This document shows, piece by piece, positions 29,072 to 32,778 of a DNA stretch of 32,778 nt. Position 1 is the first letter of the stretch; each line of letters opens with the position of its first letter. The notes under the pieces are model-generated. The model had not been told where the DNA came from, ran no database searches, and was given only the letters and a program-made list of their open reading frames with translations. The stretch comes from Pseudothermotoga sp. (GTDB taxonomy: Bacteria > Thermotogota > Thermotogae > Thermotogales > DSM-5069), in NCBI GenBank assembly GCA_041640575.1, contig JBEPZZ010000006.1, positions 28,870 through 61,647 on the forward strand. Direction: 5' to 3'. Position numbers and translations under genes: made by a program.

Positions 29072-29678
29072 TTTCACCACTCCCCATGGCTTTTCTGACC
29101 TGAATAATTGCATCATTGATGATTCTCTCAACTGCTCTTGAAGTGGACGTTGCACCAGTTATGGCATCAAATCTTCCGCTTTCTGGGTCATAATCTCCGC
29201 CTCCACCAAGTCTTAAGGAAAAACCTTTCTGTGGAATTCTCTTACCCTTGAACTGATCTTTAAACGCTTTTTCTGTTATTCTTCCTCCTAAGCCTGGTGT
29301 CTCATTTTGCTCGATGAAATCAATACCAACAACTCTTTCTAAGTTCTTATCAAAAGCGATCACACCTTGAATTCTGCCCCAAAGACCACTCCCTACGAAA
29401 ATATACGCTATCATTTCCTCACCGTTTTTCGACATTCTATAAATGTTCATATCATTCACGGTCTCTAAGCGGACCCTTTCCTCGTAAATCCTCAAAGCTT
29501 CTGCATCGGTTCGGTATTGAACGCCAAAAGCACTCAAAATAGCCTTAATTTGGAACAATCTTTCGTTTTGTTCAATTCTCTTCAGTGTTCCAAAGTTAAT
29601 TATGGAAAGAACCAAAACAAAAGTGAAACTTACGATGAAAGTAAAAAGAATCGTGAAAAACCTTGAATCTTTGTTCAT
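29064..29678 (-). CDS. nqrC: NqrC/RnfG-family FMN-binding subunit
   Basis: N-terminal TM helix, motifs GSGLWGRI and ETPGLGGRI, flavinylation motif DAITGATSTS. Confidence 0.9.
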   Translation of the reverse strand: MNKDSRFFTILFTFIVSFTFVLVLSIINFGTLKRIEQNERLFQIKAILSAFGVQYRTDAEALRIYEERVRLETVNDMNIYRMSKNGEEMIAYIFVGSGLWGRIQGVIAFDKNLERVVGIDFIEQNETPGLGGRITEKAFKDQFKGKRIPQKGFSLRLGGGGDYDPESGRFDAITGATSTSRAVERIINDAIIQVRKAMGSGEND

Positions 29679-30553
29679 GTTTTCACCTTCTTACTTACTT
29701 TTATTTCATCAAGAATAGAAGCAAAAGTGTTACCAATCAGAACACCGAAACTCGTTCCTTCTGAAAACAGTCCAAAATTCCTCACAATCATTGTGACACA
29801 CCCTATTATGATTCCATACAAGACCTGTGATAATCGTTTTTTGGGTGCGGAAACCGGATCAGTAGCCATAAAAACTGCCACAAAGAGGAAGCTTCCCGAT
29901 AGTATCGACGGAAGCAGAGGAACCCCAGCTTTGAAAACATTAAGTACGAAACCAAACAATGTCGCGGAAGCAATTGTAGAAAGAATAATTCTCCAGCTTG
30001 CAGTTCCAGTTATTATAAGGTATATTGCGGCAGCTATAATCAGCAGAACTGGACTTTCGCCGATCGAACCTGCTCTCAAGCCAATTAACAAATTCATTAC
30101 ATCAACAGATTCTCCAGCTCTCAAAATATCAAGTGGTGTCGCAGAGGTTACAACATCAGTTCTTGGAATTATCCATCCGGTTGTCATATACATAGGAAAA
30201 GTTATGTATACAAACAAGCGTCCCACTATCGCAGGATTGAAAACGTTTCGTCCGAAACCACCGTAGACTTCCTTTGCTATGAAAACGCCAAAAAAACTCG
30301 CTATACCGGCTATCCACAAAGGAGTAGCTGGAGGCATAGAAAGAGTTAAAAGTGAGCAAGTCACGAGAACAGCTTCGCTCACATTCTTTCCTTTTCTTTT
30401 TTCAACGATATACTCTGTAAGTACACCAACAGTAAAGATTACTACACTGAACCATAGCACACGAGCACCATACAAGAAAAATGAGAAAACGTATATCGGA
30501 ATAAGAGAGTAGAGAACTTTTCTCATCAAAGGTTGCTTCTGAAAAAAAGCCAT
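29675..30553 (-). CDS. nqrB: NqrB/RnfD-family membrane subunit, N-terminally shortened
   Basis: Motifs KEVYGGFGRNVFNPA, FMN site DVVTSATPL, GSIGE and FMATDPVS. ATG 30553 is 7 nt after AGGGGG. Confidence 0.88.
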   Translation of the reverse strand: MAFFQKQPLMRKVLYSLIPIYVFSFFLYGARVLWFSVVIFTVGVLTEYIVEKRKGKNVSEAVLVTCSLLTLSMPPATPLWIAGIASFFGVFIAKEVYGGFGRNVFNPAIVGRLFVYITFPMYMTTGWIIPRTDVVTSATPLDILRAGESVDVMNLLIGLRAGSIGESPVLLIIAAAIYLIITGTASWRIILSTIASATLFGFVLNVFKAGVPLLPSILSGSFLFVAVFMATDPVSAPKKRLSQVLYGIIIGCVTMIVRNFGLFSEGTSFGVLIGNTFASILDEIKVSKKVKT

Positions 30554-30604
30554 CTCCATTCCCCCTGTGTGCATGCATCCCATTTTCTATATTACACTAA
30601 TTCA

Positions 30605-30632
30605 ATTCTATTACAAAATGAATTTGTATCAA
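30605..30632 (-). promoter_or_regulatory. Putative promoter of the nqr-like operon
   Basis: Minus strand TTGATA (30632-30627), 16 nt, TAGAAT (30610-30605). An inverted repeat TACAAA-N5-TTTGTA overlaps it at 30612-30628. Confidence 0.4.
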
Positions 30633-30772
30633 AGTAGCTATTCTATGTCACTCCACGTAGTACTTTTTGTTCTAAGGCAGTGATTAGCAAACGCCACCTC
30701 GTTGTAGAGTTTTAATATAATTAGATTTAATGTAATTAGAATCGTAGTTTCTTTTTCAAAAGGAAGTGTAAG

Positions 30773-31740
30773 ATGAATAAGTTCCAAAAGACCATCCTTG
30801 TACTAATGATCTTTATTTTGGGTTGTACTGTAAAACAAGGTTCACACATAAATTATAAACAAGCAATGCGAGATTTCGTCCAGGCTATTAGCTCTTATGC
30901 AAAAGGAATAAAAAGTAACTTTGTGATCATTCCTCAAAATGATCACTTGTAACTGAAAATGGTGAAATAACTGATCCAGTAGCAAAAGAATATCTTCAAG
31001 CAATTGATGGAATAGGCCGAGAGGACCTCTTTTACGGATACGACGGAGATGATGTACCTACCCCACAATCTATCCAGAATACAATTATTCCCTTCTAGAT
31101 ATTGCTAAAAGTAATGGTGTCAAGATCTTGGTCATTGATTATTGTTCTACCCGTTCTTTTGTCGATGATTCCTACAGTCAAAGTGCGAAAAGAGATTATA
31201 TCTCGTTTGCAGCAGATCGCAGAGAATTAGATGACATTCCATCCTATCCTTCTACTCCATATAACGTTAATGACTCTGATGTTTTTTCCCTAAAAGAGGC
31301 CAAAAATTTTTTTATATCTGATTAATCCTAGTTCTTATCCCACAAAAGAAGCTTTTCTTAACGCTATTCGAAGTACCAACTATGACGTGGTTATCATAGA
31401 TCTTTTTTGTAAGAATACCGCTCTCACCAGTGAAGACGTTTCCTCCCTAAAAGCAAAAGCTAATGGAAGTAAACGTCTTGTAATTGCCTATTTAAGCATT
31501 GGAGAAGCAGAAGATTACAGATACTATTGGAAAGAAGAATGGAATACAAATCCTCCTTCCTGGTTGGTGGAGCAAAATCCCAACTGGCCAGGAAACTACA
31601 AAGTAAAGTACTGGGATAAGGAGTGGCAAAGTATCATTTATGGAAATGAGAATTCCTACCTGGAAAAGATCTTAGACTCAGGATTTGACGGAGCATATCT
31701 CGACGTTGTTGACGCCTTTCAATACTTCGAAGAAAAGTAA
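30773..31740 (+). pseudogene. TM1410/MJ1477-like (GH114-related, endo-alpha-1,4-polygalactosaminidase-like) lipoprotein, frameshifted
   Basis: Lipobox ILGC, then MRDFV...IIPQN, IDGIGREDLFYGY, VIDYC, NFLYLINP, IAYLSIGEAEDYRYYW, WPGNYKVKYW and GFDGAYLD. These are joined only by three frameshifts, near 30945, 31093 and the T7 run at 31307-31313. Confidence 0.85.
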
Positions 31741-31865
31741 AAAGTCCAGAATCTTAAAGGATATTTTGTATATCATCGTCTTGGAACCATTTTATAAAAA
31801 GAGTAGTATCAGCTTTTCTCCTACTTAGAGAAGCGAAAATCAGCAGAAAGTAAATCAATAATCAG

Positions 31866-32650
31866 TAGTGCCAAATAAAAATACTCGAAATTTAATGTAT
31901 TATCGCATAAATAAAAATATCTAAAACTTCACGCTGTTTTCCCCAAACCTTTGCTCGCATGATTCGTTTTCTTTTGAAGGTTCCAAAGTTTTCTCTGGTA
32001 CTCAGCAATTTTTTGTCTTATGTGAAATAAGTCCATAGCCTTATAAAACCTTCTCAAGTATTTTTTGTCTTGCTTAGAGGATCTCTAAAGCCTCTGTTAC
32101 TAAGTTTTAATATCATTATGTTTCTTTTTTCCTGCGCTTTTGTTTCTTTCTCTCTTTCATCTTCATGACTGGTCAAAAAAGTCGGTGTAAGCCGGAGATA
32201 CGTATAAAATCGGTTCAAATAAGACACTTCTTCATTTGTATCACACCTAACATTCTGACGGACTGTGAAATAGTTCTTCTGCTCAACGTAGCGTTTATAA
32301 TTGGAACGGGATGTAAATCTTAAGTGGTTTTTTTTCACAGCAATCGTGTATGAGATGATTCAATACCAGCAACAGAATCAAGTCCAAGTAATTCATAGAG
32401 AAGCCTTATTCTGATTTTTTCTACCAGCTTCTCTAATCCGTTTGAAGTTTCGTTTTTAATCGGTATAGGTTCCATCCAATCACTGCATATAGTATCCAAC
32501 ATATTCAATGCTGGAGCAAAGTCTCTTCTACCGTTGCCTCCGACGTGTGCTGAAAGATCAATCTCGGTGAAACCGGGCGATTTTCATCCTACCATGCGCG
32601 AGGAGTTATTTGCTGCTTTAGTGATTTTCCAAGTTTTGTACCTTTGATGA
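31866..32650 (-). mobile_element. Decayed IS remnant: integrase-core (rve/DDE) transposase, ISNCY-like
   Basis: Stop- and frameshift-broken minus-strand frames read KGTKLGKSLKQQI, FTEIDLSAHVGGN, ELLGLDS, YVEQKNYFTVRQNV, PVMKMKE and DLFHIRQKIAEYQRKL. These are colinear with integrase-domain transposases I recall from Thermotogota. Boundaries are approximate. Confidence 0.78.
31873..31919. repeat. Direct repeat pair near the 3' end of the IS remnant
   Basis: AAATAAAAATA occurs at 31873-31883 and 31909-31919, 36 nt apart, just past the end of the transposase frame. Possible subterminal transposase-binding repeats, but low complexity. Confidence 0.4.
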
Positions 32651-32778
32651 CTGCCTCAGTGATCCCGAACATCCGCAACGAAGTTTATTATTAAATCAAT
32701 TCCCCGACTTATTCAAAAGTGAACTCGAGCGAGAGCAAAGAGCCTATCAAGAAGGTTATTTTTTAAAACGGTGGTGGT

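Noticed and set aside
29072..29155. N-terminal extension of nqrD in the ORF track
   Set aside because: It overlaps the nqrC coding end. ATG 29071 gives the normal subunit length and translational coupling.
29727..30266. 179-aa plus-strand ORF opposite nqrB
   Set aside because: Antisense mirror of a hydrophobic membrane gene with no independent evidence.
26758..30553. Calling the operon a standard Rnf complex
   Set aside because: It has an NqrF-type FAD/2Fe-2S reductase and nqr gene order, with no RnfB or RnfC.
1..32778. CRISPR arrays, tRNA/rRNA genes, riboswitches, prophage or defence genes
   Set aside because: I saw no regularly spaced repeats, RNA gene signatures or such protein motifs by eye. 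A covariance-model search was not possible.

Overview
This window comes from a bacterial genome; protein style and gene content point to Thermotogota, probably Pseudothermotoga-like (inferred from recalled homologs, no search run). From left to right it holds the end of a livF-type ATPase and gndA, then a ~21 kb AraR-controlled L-arabinan/L-arabinose locus (1720-22534). That locus has two divergent operons and araR, each with a sigma70 promoter followed by a GTACGTAC operator core. It encodes araA, araD, an FGGY kinase (araB role), two GH51 arabinofuranosidases, a GH43 arabinanase, a secreted LamG protein and two ATPase-less sugar ABC systems. Two further hydrolase genes (GH127 and a GH39-like/CBM gene) have lost catalytic motifs but keep long open frames. 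Next come a DUF368 gene, a polar amino acid ABC operon, and an NQR-like operon (nqrBCDEF) with no nqrA, a shortened NqrB and an extra 148-aa gene. The window ends with a frameshifted, circularly permuted TM1410/GH114-like lipoprotein gene and a decayed integrase-domain IS transposase. Best leads: the NqrA-less redox complex, the catalytically dead but open-frame hydrolase genes, and a probable ATT start for araR.
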